The notes below the pieces were generated by a model. The model ran no database searches, was not told where the DNA came from, and saw only the letters and a program-made list of their open reading frames with translations. A DNA stretch of 64,000 bases from Octopus bimaculoides (Eukaryota): positions 44,393,177 to 44,457,176 of the forward strand of contig NC_068993.1 of NCBI RefSeq assembly GCF_001194135.2, written 5' to 3'. Each line of letters starts with the position of its first letter. Within the stretch, counting starts at the first letter, position 1. This document shows positions 14,480 to 28,683 of the stretch, one piece after another. A program made the position numbers and the translations under genes.

Positions 14480-15479
14480 ATATACCTACCTCCCCCCCAC
14501 ACACACACAAACATATGTTTGTACATATATGCTCAAATATACATGCATGCACATACACATATGCTCAAATATGCACTCGCATACACGTATCCTTGTACAC
14601 ACAGGCTCAAAACATACAACACACACACACACTAAAATATGCTTATTAAAAACTTATTGAGTGATCTACACACAGGAAAAATGTATAAATGTGTATGTAT
14701 TAAGATTACAGAGAATACAGAGAAATATATGCCTGTACAACCATACTCTTACATAATTACACATATGCATGCATACATACATGTGTACGAACTTAAACAC
14801 ATGCAGACATACACACACTTATACATACCCACCAACACCTGTAAAAAAAGGTACTTGTAAAAAATCAAACATCAGCACTCAAGATACACATCACACATGC
14901 ATGTATGCACTACTAAAAATGCAATCCCACATTCATGCACTCATTTACACGCACATGTTTGCAAACACATATGTCGCACAGTCACACATACACATATTCA
15001 TAGAAAGAATACATACGTCAACCTCTACATGATAACTCAACTTACTAGAAATAACAGCCAAACCTCTCAATTCACACTATATTGGTAGAAGAAAAAGAAC
15101 AATGCACATTGTATAATAGAGTCCTAGACATTCCTCAAAAAAGACTGGATTGTCATGGCAAGAATGTCTGCTCAGTCAGAGTTGACCTGAATGCAAAAGA
15201 GATTGAGTTGGGATCACAGGTAGGCAGGCATAAATGGTAGACTGTGTATGTGGCAAATACACAGATACACAGAAGGAGTTATATGTATGAATGCACCTTG
15301 CAGGGGAGCTGGCTATTCTAAGAGTAGAGTAGCCAGAGTAAGAAGTTCAGGGAACAATTGACCCTACTAATAACAATGAGTTTCTCTCTCATAGTAAAGG
15401 GTAGATTATATGTTATGCATGAAGAGTGATATTACATGGAAGCAAGACATGAGCTTTGAATGCAGAAAATTTGTGAAGA

Positions 15480-15770
15480 CTAGAAAGAAAATTAAGTAAG
15501 CTTGGAAAGCAGAGCACAAATGAACTGAAAGAAAAATTGGATATAAGAGAAATCATATGTAACATGCTAGAGAAAAAGCTGCTCTGGTATGGACATAGGA
15601 TGTCTGTTGTATATTAAAAGTGTTGAGCACTTTAAGTGGATTGAACCTGTGGAAGAAGGAGACTGAGGAAGGCATAAGACGAAGTGGTGAATATTGATCT
15701 CAAGAAGTTGGACTTCATGAAGTAGATGACAAAGAATCACAAAGAATCATGATGAGTGATGATATGCATT
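15480..15770 (+). mobile_element. Decayed RTE LINE 3' fragment
   Basis: Similar to 57285-57660 (LKEKLDIREI..LLWYGH, CGRRRLRKA*DEVV). Confidence 0.6.
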
Positions 15771-16284
15771 GCAGGAGAGGTCCCACACACCTATTCTGGC
15801 ATGGTGAAATGAACATTAGAAAGACGTTGATGGATTTACATTTGGGGTTTCTTATCAAGTATATTCCAACTTAGTCTCCATCAACTGTGAAAGTGCATGG
15901 TTTAGTAATAAAGGTGTTGCACTCATGGTCAGAAAATCAATGTTTCAATTCCCAGACCTGGAACAGCATTTTGTTCTTGAGCAGATCACTTCTTTTCACA
16001 TTGTGTCAGTCAACTCAACTGTAAACGAGGGACCTTGCAACAGACTGGTGTCCTGTTCAGGAGACTGTTGTGATCTCAGTCACTTATATGCCATGCAAAC
16101 AAAGTAAATGGCCCTAGAAGTCCCAAGACTCAAAGCAGTAATCAGAGGTTACCATTATCTTTACTTCCATAAACTCTCCTCCCCATTGTGTTATCTTCTC
16201 ATCCATCAGTTATACTATCTCATTTATTCATGGCCTGAGAGAGTTTTGAAGATAAATCAAGGTCTAGACATCTTGCAGCTGACA

Positions 16285-17164
16285 TCACCAAAGTAAACAT
16301 TTATTGTGCTCACCATATGGTGATGGATGACAAGTGATTGACTATAAATCAAATAGCCAATGCTTTTGGCATATCCCATGATAGAGTTGAGAATGAACTT
16401 GGCATGATGAAAATTTCTGCTTGGTGGGTGCCAAATCTTCTGACACCTGATCGAAGCTCACCAGGAAAATGTGGTATTGTCTGAGGCAGATCCAGCTAGC
16501 TTCCTTGAACATTTCCTAACCCAGGATAAGTGTTGGGTTTATTACTTTAAGCCAGAGACAAAGAGACAGTCCATGCGGTGGAAACACTCCTTCTCACCTG
16601 CTTCAAAGAAGGCCAAGGTTGTTACCATCTGCAGGGAAGGTGATGACCTTAGTTTTTTGGGATGTGAAAGGCATTGTGTTTTTTGATTATCTTCAAAGCG
16701 GTACATCATCAATGGAAAGTACTATGCCAGCTTGCTGAAGTAGTTATGAAAGGCTGTCAAGACCAAACGCCCAGGAAAACTGATGTAAGGGATCTTGTTT
16801 CATCAGGACAATGCTCCAGCACACAAGTTCTTGCTTTCAATGGCTGCTGTGTATGACTGTGGCTTTGAACTGGTTGATCACCCACTCTATTCTCCTGATT
16901 TGGCCCCAACTGACTATCATCTGTTCCCCAACATGAAAATACACTTGGCTGAGAACCAGTATCGCAATGATGATGACATCATATCTGCTGTTCACGACTT
17001 TCTTAATCAACAAGATGAAAGCTCCTTCATCAATGCGATGCAAGCACTGCATGAAAGATGTATGTGAACTGCAAAGGGGACTATATTGAAAAATTAACCT
17101 CATCTGTCACATTCTATGACAGTATCTTTATCAGCCTATGAACTTTTCAGTCAACCTTCTTATC
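16285..17164 (+). pseudogene. Mariner (DD34D) transposase pseudogene with right TIR
   Basis: WVPNLLTPD, TQDKCWVYYFKPETKRQSMRWKH, HQDNAPAH, YSPDLAPTDYHLF in shifting frames; TIR-like aacttttcagtcaaccttctta at ~17140-17162. Confidence 0.9.
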
Positions 17165-17781
17165 TCTCACTTGTCACTCATTATTGACACCAACCACTTT
17201 CTTTCACAATTACTCATCTCTATTATTACTCATGTGAAGACATCTGATCTAGTGGTTAGGATGTTGCACTCATGGTTTCAAGGTCATTGTTTTGATTCCT
17301 GGACCAAATGGTGCATTGTGTTCTTGATAACATTTCTGTTGCTGGTATATCAATAAAATGCACCAAGTACACTGTTAAGTGGTTGCTGTTAGGGAATCAT
17401 CTAGCCATAGAAATCATGCCAAAATTGGAACATACAATCAAGACATGGTTCTCCCAGCCCATTTATGAGGACAATAACTCCAAATGAAAACTAACTTGGA
17501 CTCTGACAGCCTAACTAACCCATAACAATGCTGCAAGAGGACATAAAATGATGTTAATGAAAATGTTACAATCATATTTTGGATCTTTTTTAAAACGGGG
17601 GCCACATTTTTCATTAACGAAACACTTTGAAACTTGGAACACTGGTAGAATGTGTCATATAAAACATCTTTTTCTCTTAGTCTTCTTTAAAAAAAAAGAA
17701 ATCCATAAATTATTCCATGTTAAAGTTGTCGTATTTCTGTAATTTCAACCAATCACTGACGTCCATTCAGCCGATATACAC

Positions 17782-17958
17782 TAAGTGCCGACTACATAAA
17801 CAAACGATTCTGAAACAATTAACCCTAACCCTAACCCTAACTCTAACCCTAACCCTAACCCTAACCCTAGGGTTAGGGTTAGGGTTTGGGTTAAAGCAAA
17901 TTTAAAATGAAAAAAGCAAATAAAACGAAGAATCGTTTGTTTATGTAGTCGGCACTTA
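17782..17958. mobile_element. MITE-like element with 30-bp perfect TIRs and internal (CCCTAA)n(TTAGGG)n
   Basis: taagtgccgactacataaacaaacgattct (17782-17811) is the exact reverse complement of 17929-17958; telomeric hexamers at 17821-17892 are centred on aaccctagggtt. Confidence 0.8.
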
Positions 17959-18312
17959 ATGNNNNNNNNNNNNNNNNNNNNNNNNNNNNNNNNNNNNNNN
18001 NNNNNNNNNNNNNNNNNNNNNNNNNNNNNNNNNNNNNNNNNNNNNNNNNNNNNNNNNNNNNNNNNNNNNNNNNNNNNNNNNNNNNNNNNNNNNNNNNNNN
18101 NNNNNNNNNNNNNNNNNNNNNNNNNNNNNNNNNNNNNNNNNNNNNNNNNNNNNNNNNNNNNNNNNNNNNNNNNNNNNNNNNNNNNNNNNNNNNNNNNNNN
18201 NNNNNNNNNNNNNNNNNNNNNNNNNNNNNNNNNNNNNNNNNNNNNNNNNNNNNNNNNNNNNNNNNNNNNNNNNNNNNNNNNNNNNNNNNNNNNNNNNNNN
18301 NNNNNNNNNNNN

Positions 18313-18357
<45 letters not shown>

Positions 18358-18987
18358 ATAAGATACTTTTTCTCAGCAGCCAGGTATAAACCAGTTCTCA
18401 TGGTGACTTTAATGAAAGTCAAAACTAATTGGCAGTTAATTTCTTTTCACTACCTGGCCACTGAAAAGCACTGTGTTTTCAACATAGTGTTTATTTACAC
18501 AACAAGGTTAAACATGTGTTTATCAAACATGGGATCATAGCCTTCATTACAATTTTTATTGCATAAATGCTACATCAGTGACCCTGTTAATATATGTATG
18601 TAATCTGGTTATTAAAGACAACTAGTAAAACTTAAGAGATATGTTTTCTTCTTATTGGATTTCCTCAGTGAAGCATAATCTACTGTTGCCAAGACTAAGA
18701 GTGATCCTTATCTATATATATATGGGTGGCTTATTAGCAACTTAACAACCTAAAGGCAAATTTATAGATGTTACTAAAGTGACAGAGGGTACTTAGTGGT
18801 ACCGGCATTGCTAGAAGTAAGAGTCAAAACACAATAGCCACAAATTTACTATCTTAATGATTGATAAGTTCCCTAGTGAAATTTACTATCTTAATGAAGA
18901 TAAGTTCCCTAGTGAAAAAAGCCAGATCACTGGTGATTTCAAATTTTAATGCAGAGCATCTTAATTCTCATCGGTGGCTCTTATCAC

Positions 18988-19470
18988 GCCCAGGATTAAA
19001 CTCAGTTCACTTTGTCAGCTTATAAGAAAACAGTTGAATTCATATGCTGATTTTAAAAATGGTGAAAGTGAGAAGTATAAATAATATAAATAAAAAGTGT
19101 AAATAATTAGCAATTTAACAACCTAAAGGCAAATTTATAGTTGTCATTAAAGTGACAGATAGTACTAAATGGTACCAGCATTGCTAGAAATAAGAGTCAA
19201 AATAACTCGATAGTTTACCTCCTTTGTCAGTCATTAAGATAGTGCATTTGTGACTATTGAGTTATTTTGGCTCTTATTTCTAGCAATGACGGTACCACTT
19301 TGTACAATCTATCACTTTAGTGACGTCTATAAATTTGCCTTTAGGTTGTTAAATTGCTAATAAACCACCCATATTATTTATAGTTTGCATTTTTACCACT
19401 TTTGGAATCAGTGTATGAGTTCTATGGTTTACTTATAAGCTGACAAAGTGAGCTGAGTTTAACCCCAGGC
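18988..19470. repeat. Foldback: ~225-bp imperfect inverted arms with a ~40-bp spacer
   Basis: 18988-19213 is complementary to 19253-19470 along its length (e.g. aacaacctaaaggcaaatttata / tataaatttgcctttaggttgtt); extra partial copy at 18722-18870. Confidence 0.85.
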
Positions 19471-19486
19471 ATGCTTTGGTTTTTCT

Positions 19487-20168
19487 CAGATGAGAAAAAT
19501 TTCTGTCAGGATCAGATGGTGAACACACAGATCAACTGTTGGCTTGGTGTGTCCCCCAAAACAAGTACTGAGAGTAATATAAATCAAACATCCAGTCAAC
19601 ATCATGGTGTTTGGAGTGGTAACTAGTGATGGCAAAGTTATGTCTCCATTCATCTTTCCACACAGCCTCAGATTCAACATGGAAACCTACATCAAGTGCC
19701 TGGGGTCAAAAGGGTGGCTACTGGAAGACCCTATGTCTGGCAACAGGATTCTGGCAACAGGATTCTGGCAACAGGATTCTGCCACAGAAGCAGGGGAACC
19801 CAGTCGTGGCTGTCAGACAATTTCTGCAACCACATCACCCCTAACATCTGGCCACCGAACTCCCCAGAATGCAACCCCCTCGATTATTATGTGTGGGGCA
19901 CAGCTGAGCGAGAGACCAACACAACTCCATGTGACACCAAAGATGAATTGAAAGTAAAGATTATGGCAGCATTCACCACTGAAGAGGTGCTGAAGAAGAA
20001 GATTCCGAAGTCGTCTGAAGTCAATGGCGATTTTATTGAATAAATTTACTCTTTAGTATTTCAAGATATTTTTATGTAATTTTGGAAAATATATCTGTTA
20101 AAATGAAATGTCAGTGTTATTTTCATTTTTGTGTAATTTAGACAACAATTTATTCCCCGCAACCTGTA
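19487..20168 (+). pseudogene. Tc1/mariner (probably maT/DD37D) transposase fragment
   Basis: MVFGVVTSDGKVMSPFIFP, PYVWQQDS, WPPNSPECNPLDYYVWG; TIR-like aatttattccccgcaacctgta followed by TA. Confidence 0.85.
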
Positions 20169-20738
20169 TATATATATATATATATTTATACATACACACA
20201 CATATATATATTATATATATATACACAAAAACAATTGCAGCATAGAAGATGTTTATAAGCCATTTAAGAATACACAAAAAAACTGTTAGATTCACTTCAA
20301 CATTTAAATTTAATTTATGCCAAAATATTTTTGTTGCTTTGAAACTGTGACAAAACTTTGTGTTGCATCTATCTATATATATATATATATATATTTATAT
20401 ACACACAAGCACAAACACATTAATCAGTTCTACATTCTACCAAATGAGTAGAATATGACTTTGTTGAAGAGATTTAATTATACTGAAACATGTCTATAGC
20501 TTCTACTAGTTGGTTTTAAAGACAACATCCACTCCTTTCTGCATTGAGATTATTTTCCAAGAAGTTTTCATTGGCTGTTTTTATTGGAGTTATTTCCCTT
20601 NNNNNNNNNNNNNNNNNNNNNNNNNNNNNNNNNNNNNNNNNNNNNNNNNNNNNNNNNNNNNNNNNNNNNNNNNNNNNNNNNNNNNNNNNNNNNNNNNNNN
20701 NNNNNNNNNNNNNNNNNNNNNNNNNNNNNNNNNNNNNN

Positions 20739-20778
<40 letters not shown>

Positions 20779-22677
20779 CACACAAGCACAAACACATTAA
20801 TCAGTTCTACATTCTACCAAATGAGTAGAATATGACTTTGTTGAAGAGATTTAATTATACTGAAACATGTCTATAGCTTCTACTAGTTGGTTTTAAAGAC
20901 AACATCCACTCCTTTCTGCATTGAGATTATTTTCCAAGAAGTTTTCATTGGCTGTTTTTATTGGAGTTATTTCCCTTGACTCATTTTCTAATTTTAAACA
21001 TCTCTTGAAGGAGGGTTTTGTCTACGAATCGTACAGATAACCTCAGTTAATTAAAAATTTTCCTCTTTTTATAATTACATACGTGACACATAATGTACAA
21101 AAATCAAAGTTACGTCTATACACACACGCACACACACGCACACACACACACACACACACTCACTCACATGCATACTCACTCACAAACCCATACACTAATC
21201 TCACATACTCTCTCACACATACATACACGCATTCACACACACACACACACCTACTCACATTCATTCAGTAATGCGCATCATATATACATGCAACACACAC
21301 ACACACACACACATCCTTACCCACTTGTTCACAAACTCACACTCACATACATTCATACTCATCACACACCCACACACGTGCACACACACACATACACATA
21401 CATACATTCACATGCACACATACACACAGAATCACAATATATGTATATATATAAAAACTCATAATAATTAAAAACAAGCTTAAATGCATAGACTCATATT
21501 CATACACACACACACACGTACTTACACACACATACAAACACACATATATATGTACATATACAGCTGTATATATATAAAAATTAAAGGCAAGTATACACAC
21601 GCACACACACATGAACATGTACACAATACACATATACTCATACTAATACACACGCACACATGCAAACACACACACACATACACACACAAATATACACACA
21701 CATCTACACACACACACACCAATACACACACAAGTACACATCTTCCATATCTAAACACTGGATGCAGCTTTATGTAGTACACGTGGCTATCACTATGAGG
21801 GACATTTATTATGTATAGAGGTAAAAAAAGGGGACAAGGTAAGGTTTTATTTTAAGTACCCCCTACATTAACACCCCATCTAATCTACTGAAACCCCTAC
21901 TGTCCTGTAGGGGTTTGTAAAGAGGGGAGATGAGTTGTTTGTTTATATGTATGTTTTACTAGAGGCAGGTCAATTTTTCCTTGCTCCCCCCCTCCACCTA
22001 CTCACGCTAACGTGTGTGAGTGGTGTGAGTGAGTGTATGTATGTGTGGGTGTATGTGTGATGTAAGCGAGGTGAAAGGGGTTGTGTGAGAGAGAGAGAGA
22101 GAGAGAGTGCGAGAGTGAGTGTGATTATTGCTTCGATCCAGTCCAGTCAGAAGTAACGCCAAAAAAAACAATGATGCTTCATCATCACCATCACCACCAA
22201 CACCAACACCCACCACCACCACCACCATCATCACCATTATCATTGTCATCATCATTATCATCATCACCATCATCACCATCATCATCACTGTCATCTGCTG
22301 CATCAACTTCGTTTTCTGGTAGTTTCCACCATCTGTTGACAATTTTTTCCTCGTTTATCAAGCAGAGATAATGATGATGTTCATTCTAATTACATCCTTC
22401 TAAGTCCACATCATCACCATAACCATCGTTTATTGTAATCGTTATCATCATTATTATTATCATTGCTATTAGTATTTACCAAACCAAAATCAAACTGACA
22501 TTTCAGTCCATTTTACTGAACAATGAATAATTTCGTGAAATTTACATTCTAAAACACAGATTATTGACTAAAATCATGTTCTGGTAAATATTAACGTTCT
22601 TCAACATTCTATTTGTTTCTTTCTATCTCACATGTTTCATGTTCGCATCTATTTATTTCTTCCCCTTCTTCTCTCTC

Positions 22678-22729
<52 letters not shown>

Positions 22730-23115
22730 NNNNNNNNNNNNNNNNNNNNNNNNNNNNNNNNNNNNNNNNNNNNNNNNNNNNNNNNNNNNNNNNNNNNNNN
22801 NNNNNNNNNNNNNNNNNNNNNNNNNNNNNNNNNNNNNNNNNNNNNNNNNNNNNNNNNNNNNNNNNNNNNNNNNNNNNNNNNNNNNNNNNNNNNNNNNNNN
22901 NNNNNNNNNNNNNNNNNNNNNNNNNNNNNNNNNNNNNNNNNNNNNNNNNNNNNNNNNNNNNNNNNNNNNNNNNNNNNNNNNNNNNNNNNNNNNNNNNNNN
23001 NNNNNNNNNNNNNNNNNNNNNNNNNNNNNNNNNNNNNNNNNNNNNNNNNNNNNNNNNNNNNNNNNNNNNNNNNNNNNNNNNNNNNNNNNNNNNNNNNNNN
23101 NNNNNNNNNNNNNNN

Positions 23116-23161
<46 letters not shown>

Positions 23162-23562
23162 TTATCTATAGCCAGACAGACTCACTGTCTATATCTTTGT
23201 CAATTTGTTTGTCTGTCTGTTTATCCATCCATCTATCCACTAGCCATCTTGCAGTTATTTCACATATTTTCCAAATTGCCCAATTTCCTTAGCTTCTTCT
23301 TTCTCTCTAATGGTTCCTCTTTATTAATTCTTCTTTCCCTGTCTTATGTTCTTCTCTCTCTCCCACCCTCTCTCACACGTGCACAATTATCACTTTCACT
23401 TTCATTATTTACCTCCCTCTACTTTATTTTTCTACAGTTCTTTAGCTCCCTTCATTCCCTTAAACATTTTCTAGCCATCTTACCTATCTTTCTCCTTTCT
23501 TTCATTTAAATTCAACCATAAGTTGTTTTTTAATCATTTCTAATTTTCTTAAACCATCTACC

Positions 23563-23606
<44 letters not shown>

Positions 23607-23609
23607 GAC

Positions 23610-23673
<64 letters not shown>

Positions 23674-23869
23674 AGTCAGTCTGTCTGTCTGTCTGTCTTT
23701 CTATCTCTCTCTCACTCTCTCTCTCTCTCTCTATGTGTGTGTGTGTGTGTGCATGTGTGCCAGTATGTGTGTGTCCAATATTGGATTTTCCACTCACCAC
23801 AGCAATTTCGTTGTACCCTTTTTGTTGATATATGTACATATATATAGAGAGACAGATAGACAGACAGAC

Positions 23870-23918
<49 letters not shown>

Positions 23919-24617
23919 TCCCACCAGACAGACTTGACCTGTTGCTTGTTTTAGCACTAATACCTGGTACTTTAAGTACCTATTGTGGAATCCACTTTGA
24001 TGCAAGCATTCAGGAAAGGTTTCTGCTGTGTGTGTGTGAGTGTGTGTGTGTGCGTGTGTGTGTGTGTGTATGTGAGATTAGTGTATGGGTCTGTGTGTGA
24101 GTGTGCATGTGATTGAGTGTGTATGTGTGAGTATGTGTACATGTGTGTTAGTGTATGTATGTCTGTGGTTATTTCGCTTAAATATTTCTAATGTAATTAT
24201 TTAATCTTTTAAATGAAAATAGCTTAACAATAAAATCACCTTCAAAGAATAAATAATGCAAAATATAATTTTCTTTGAAAAATGAAATATTAAATAAACA
24301 TTTATTTTTCTTTTGGTTACATAAACTCTAAAAATTTATTGTTTCCATAACAGAAGGAAGTGGTAAGAAACGAAAAAAAAATTAATAAAAGAAGATTCTA
24401 GAAAGCTAAATTTTATTCTTGTACCAAAGCAACACAGTAACTGTAACTCAGATTGTAAACAAAAACCAACCCATGTCTTTCCCACCACCACCACCACTCA
24501 CATGCATCCACATTATTCACTTCATGTTGTATTCTCACATTTCTATAGAATCATAAGAGTATCACAGAAAATACTGCAGAAAATACCTTGCAGTATTTCT
24601 TTCAACTTTTTATGTTC

Positions 24618-24913
24618 TACGAGGGGATACTGAAAAGTTCCTGGTTTTGGGTAAAAGAAAATATAGTTAATTATGGTTTTATTCAATAATTATGCTTTTA
24701 TTCAATAATTATGATTAATGAATACAGTTAATTATGATTAATGAATACAGTTAATTATGATTTTATTCAACATATTCCCCTCTCAGATGCACATACTTAT
24801 TGCAGTGATCCTTCAGTTTTTCTAAGCCCTGTAAAAGAACTCGGAATTTTGGGCCTCCAAGCAGGCCTTTTCTGATACCCTTCAAGCTAGGAACTTTTCA
24901 GCACCCCCTCATA
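24618..24913. mobile_element. Mariner-derived MITE
   Basis: TA-cgaggggatactgaaaagttcctgg .. ctaggaacttttcagcaccccctca-TA; internal short tandem duplications. Confidence 0.85.
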
Positions 24914-25582
24914 AGTTCAGATCCTGTTAGAGGTCAACTTTGCTATTCATGCTCCAAGGTTACTCATGTTTTTATTTTTTGTTGAATCTTAAGACTCATA
25001 AGACCAGTTGTCTGATTTCCATGGCATTTAAAATGACCAAGATTTAACATTCCTTTGAATGGGATGCAGGCTTCAAGACCAGCAATTTTGAAGGGAGGAA
25101 GCAATTCAATTAAATTGACCTCAGTACTTGACTGGTACTTTATTTCATTGATCCCAAAAAGACAAAGCTAACCTCATAAGGATTTAAACTCAGAATGTAA
25201 AGAGCTTGAACAAATGCCATTAATCATTTTGTCTGATTGTGCTAACGATTCTCCCAGCTCATTACCTTACCAGTCATGTATTGAGATGATTTAATCAACT
25301 AACCCCCACCCTCAACCTTTCCTAAAAATTGCTGGCCACATGTTTAATTTAGAAATTTTAAATGGCAGAATTTTTAGAGAATTGATAAAAAATACTTTGC
25401 ATTATTTCTTCCTGCATTTTACATTATGTGTTCAAATCCCACAAAAGCTCAACTTTACATTTCATCTATTTGGGATCAATAACGGGAAGTACCTGACATA
25501 TAATGAGGTCAATAGTATTGATTGACTTCACTCCCCTCAAAATTGCTGTCCTTATGCTTACATTAGAAATTATTATTATTAT

Positions 25583-25613
<31 letters not shown>

Positions 25614-25619
25614 TTTTAC

Positions 25620-26437
25620 TTTTAATCTGCAAGTTTGTTACAATCACTTGTCAAGACACACCCAGTGTCCTAGGGCAAGTGAAGGATAAGAGATGTTACA
25701 GTATAACTGAAAGCTTGATTAGGGGAAGGGGCTGAGGTAGTAGTAAGATATCTTCATGTACTACAACACAGACATTTAAATGGATAGTCTTTTTAAGGAT
25801 GTTGGCAGTATTTGTCAGCACAAGCTTTTGGATTTCTCTGAGACATGGTTCTCCTGGGATCTTATCTAGATGTTTCTGACATCCCTTTTTAATCATACCT
25901 AGGGCACCTACAATAACAGGAACAGTTCTTGCTTTAAGATGCCACGTCCTTTGCATTTCAATTTCTAGGTCCTTATATTTATTTGATTTGTCAAATTCCT
26001 TTACAGATATATTTTTATCAGTGGAAACACTTACATCTATTAGTCTACAAGTGTTTTCGTCCCTGTCTTTAATAATTATGTCTGGTAGATTAGCCTGGAT
26101 TGTTTCGTCAGTGTTGACTGGAAAATCAAAGAGGATAGTAACATTTGTACCTTCAACAACTGGCTCAGGATGATGTTTATACTGGTAAGCAGGAGTACTG
26201 ATTTTGTAGTGTTTACATATTTTCCAATGTAAATACTGTTCTACCCTATCATGGCAATCTTTGTATTCGTTTGATGTCAGCACAGGACATGGTGTATTGT
26301 TTCGTCAAATGTATCACAGAATCTGCATTTAAGGACAGAATCATTTTGAAGAACGTTTTCCTGGTAGTTTTTGGTGAGCAAGCTTTGATCTTGTGCCACC
26401 AATATGAAACCTTCAGTCTCTGCTTTCAGTCCTGCTT
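25620..26437 (-). mobile_element. R4/Dong-clade LINE, 5'-truncated (zinc knuckle plus restriction-like endonuclease)
   Basis: LKAETEGFILVAQDQSL..CRFCDTFDETIHHVLC..HDRVEQYLHWKIC..PDIIIKD..IDVSV..KYKDL..PVIVGALG; flanked by (ATT)n on both sides. Confidence 0.88.
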
Positions 26438-26439
26438 TT

Positions 26440-26583
<144 letters not shown>

Positions 26584-27329
26584 GGAAATAAACTGGCAAA
26601 ATCATTAGCATATCAGACAAAATGCTTAGTGGTATTTCATCCATCTTTATGTTCTGCGTTCAAATGCCACCAGCATTGACTATGTTTCTCATCCTTTCGG
26701 GGTTGATATGATAAATATCAGTTGAGTACGGGGAGGTTCGATGTAATCAACTAGTCTCCTCCCCCAAAATTTCAGGCCTTGTGCCTTTAGTAGAAAGGAT
26801 TGTTGTTGTTGTTGTTGTTGCTGCTGCTGTTGCTGTTGTAGCTGTTGTTTAAGTTGAAGCAATAACTAAAGTCTCTATAACTCAAAAGCATGTTATTGAG
26901 ATTTCAGTGCAGGTGGATATAGGACATATAATTCAAATGAAAGATGATCGCATTCCAAAAATTCTTTTGTATGACCAACAAATAGAGGGATACTACGGTA
27001 AAGGAAGACCCATCCTTAGGTATAAGAGTAAGTTAAAGCAATCACTAAAATCTCTACAGCTTAATTTGACATCTTGGAGCAGTTATCGCTGAGATCAATG
27101 TGCATTGCATAAAATGTGTCATGATGCGTCAAAACAATTTGAGTCAAAGAAACAAAACAATAACAAGAGTTATATCCTGCAATCAACAGGCAAATTTGTC
27201 CAGTCCCAAACAAAATCAAAATCATCAGAGTCTCCATTGTAACAGCATAACAAAATCCATACTTAAACTCAAATTACATTTATGCATCCATCACAAATAA
27301 ATGCAGCTTCTTTTATTTTCAATCCACTT

Positions 27330-27835
27330 TTTTTTTTGACAATGTGAGTTTCATTTCCAATTTGTGTCAGCCTTTTAGGCAGCATTTTGGTTGTTGTACC
27401 AAGTGCACCAATTACTACAGGAATAATTATTGTCTTAGTCTTCCACAATCTCCTCGGCTCTCTAGCTAAATCCTGATATTTCTTAATTTTTTTCAATTTC
27501 ATTGATACTGAACCTACTTTCTTGAGGAATTGCAAAATCTATTTATCCTACACTGTTTATTTTGTCCTCTATAAACAAATCTGGTCTTCTTGCCTCAACA
27601 GTATGATCAGCATTTGTGGTAAAGTCCCACAAGATATTGTAATTCTCATTTTCTACCTCAGCCTCTGGTTCGTGTTCATACCTCTTTCCTGTTGTTTTGA
27701 AACCACACAGCTAACATCCCATTGCACTCTTTTGCCAACACAGTCATGTCTGTGCTTACACTCCTTTTGTGCTAATATACTGCACTCACTCAAAATGTGA
27801 TTGATACAGTGTTTCTCCTGGCTCTTTGCATTCTG
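27330..27835 (-). mobile_element. Second R4/Dong-like endonuclease fragment
   Basis: HILSECTKLAQKEYKHRHDCVG..ILWDF..ARRPDL..KYQDLARE..PVVIGALG, with frameshifts. Confidence 0.85.
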
Positions 27836-28439
27836 AGTTCAAATTCCACTGAAGTCAAAATTACCTTTCATCTTTTCAAGGTTAATAAAACATGTACCAG
27901 TTGAGCACTAGTAGAAGATGGGGATGGATTTGACTTACTCCCTCCTCTAAAAGTGTTGGCCTTGTACCTAAATCAGAAAGAATTGTTGTTATTATGTTTT
28001 TAAGTCTTATGTGAATTTCTATAACAGCACCAGATGCATCTCTGTAATGTCTGCACCATTGTCTTTCAAGAATGTAGAATTGTGTTAGTATTTGACATCA
28101 GTTTTGCTTTGTTGCTTCCGGGCCTATTGTAAGTGTTTCATCCATTTACTGTGTAGAGTATGTATATTGTGAGTACTACTGTTGTTATTGTTGTAGTGAT
28201 TCTTGTTGTTTTTTGCTTTTGTTAATGTTGTTGCTGCTGCTGCTGTTTTGTTATTGTTGTTGTTTTTTTGTTGTTGCTGTTGTTGTTGTTGTTGTTGTTG
28301 TTGCTGCTGCTGCTGCGGCTGTTATGCAGTTCAGGTCAAACAATTGGCCAAACAACAATGTGCAACCCATAGACCTATCTCAGATTTGCAACCTGCAGAT
28401 CCATGTCCAACTAGCTGAGTACCATACTGCACACACAGT

Positions 28440-28648
28440 AAAACATCATATCTTTTGTCTTTTACCTTACCTGTTTCAGTCATTAGACTGCAGCCATCCT
28501 GGGGTACAGCCCTAAAGAATTTTTAGTTGAATGTATCAACCCCAGTACTTACATTTTGTTAAACCTAGTACTTATTCTATCATTCTCTTTTTGTCAAACC
28601 ACTAGGTTATGGGAACATAAGCACACTACCACCAGTTGTCAAACACAG

Positions 28649-28683
<35 letters not shown>

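Noticed and set aside
17821-17892. Chromosome end or telomere-fusion scar
   Set aside because: The tract is short, has the opposite polarity to a fusion scar, and is enclosed by TIRs.
21891-21916. 10-bp hairpin as a terminator or Helitron end (also the palindrome at ~63963-63993)
   Set aside because: Intrinsic terminators are not relevant here, and there is no CTRR at the expected distance or other support.
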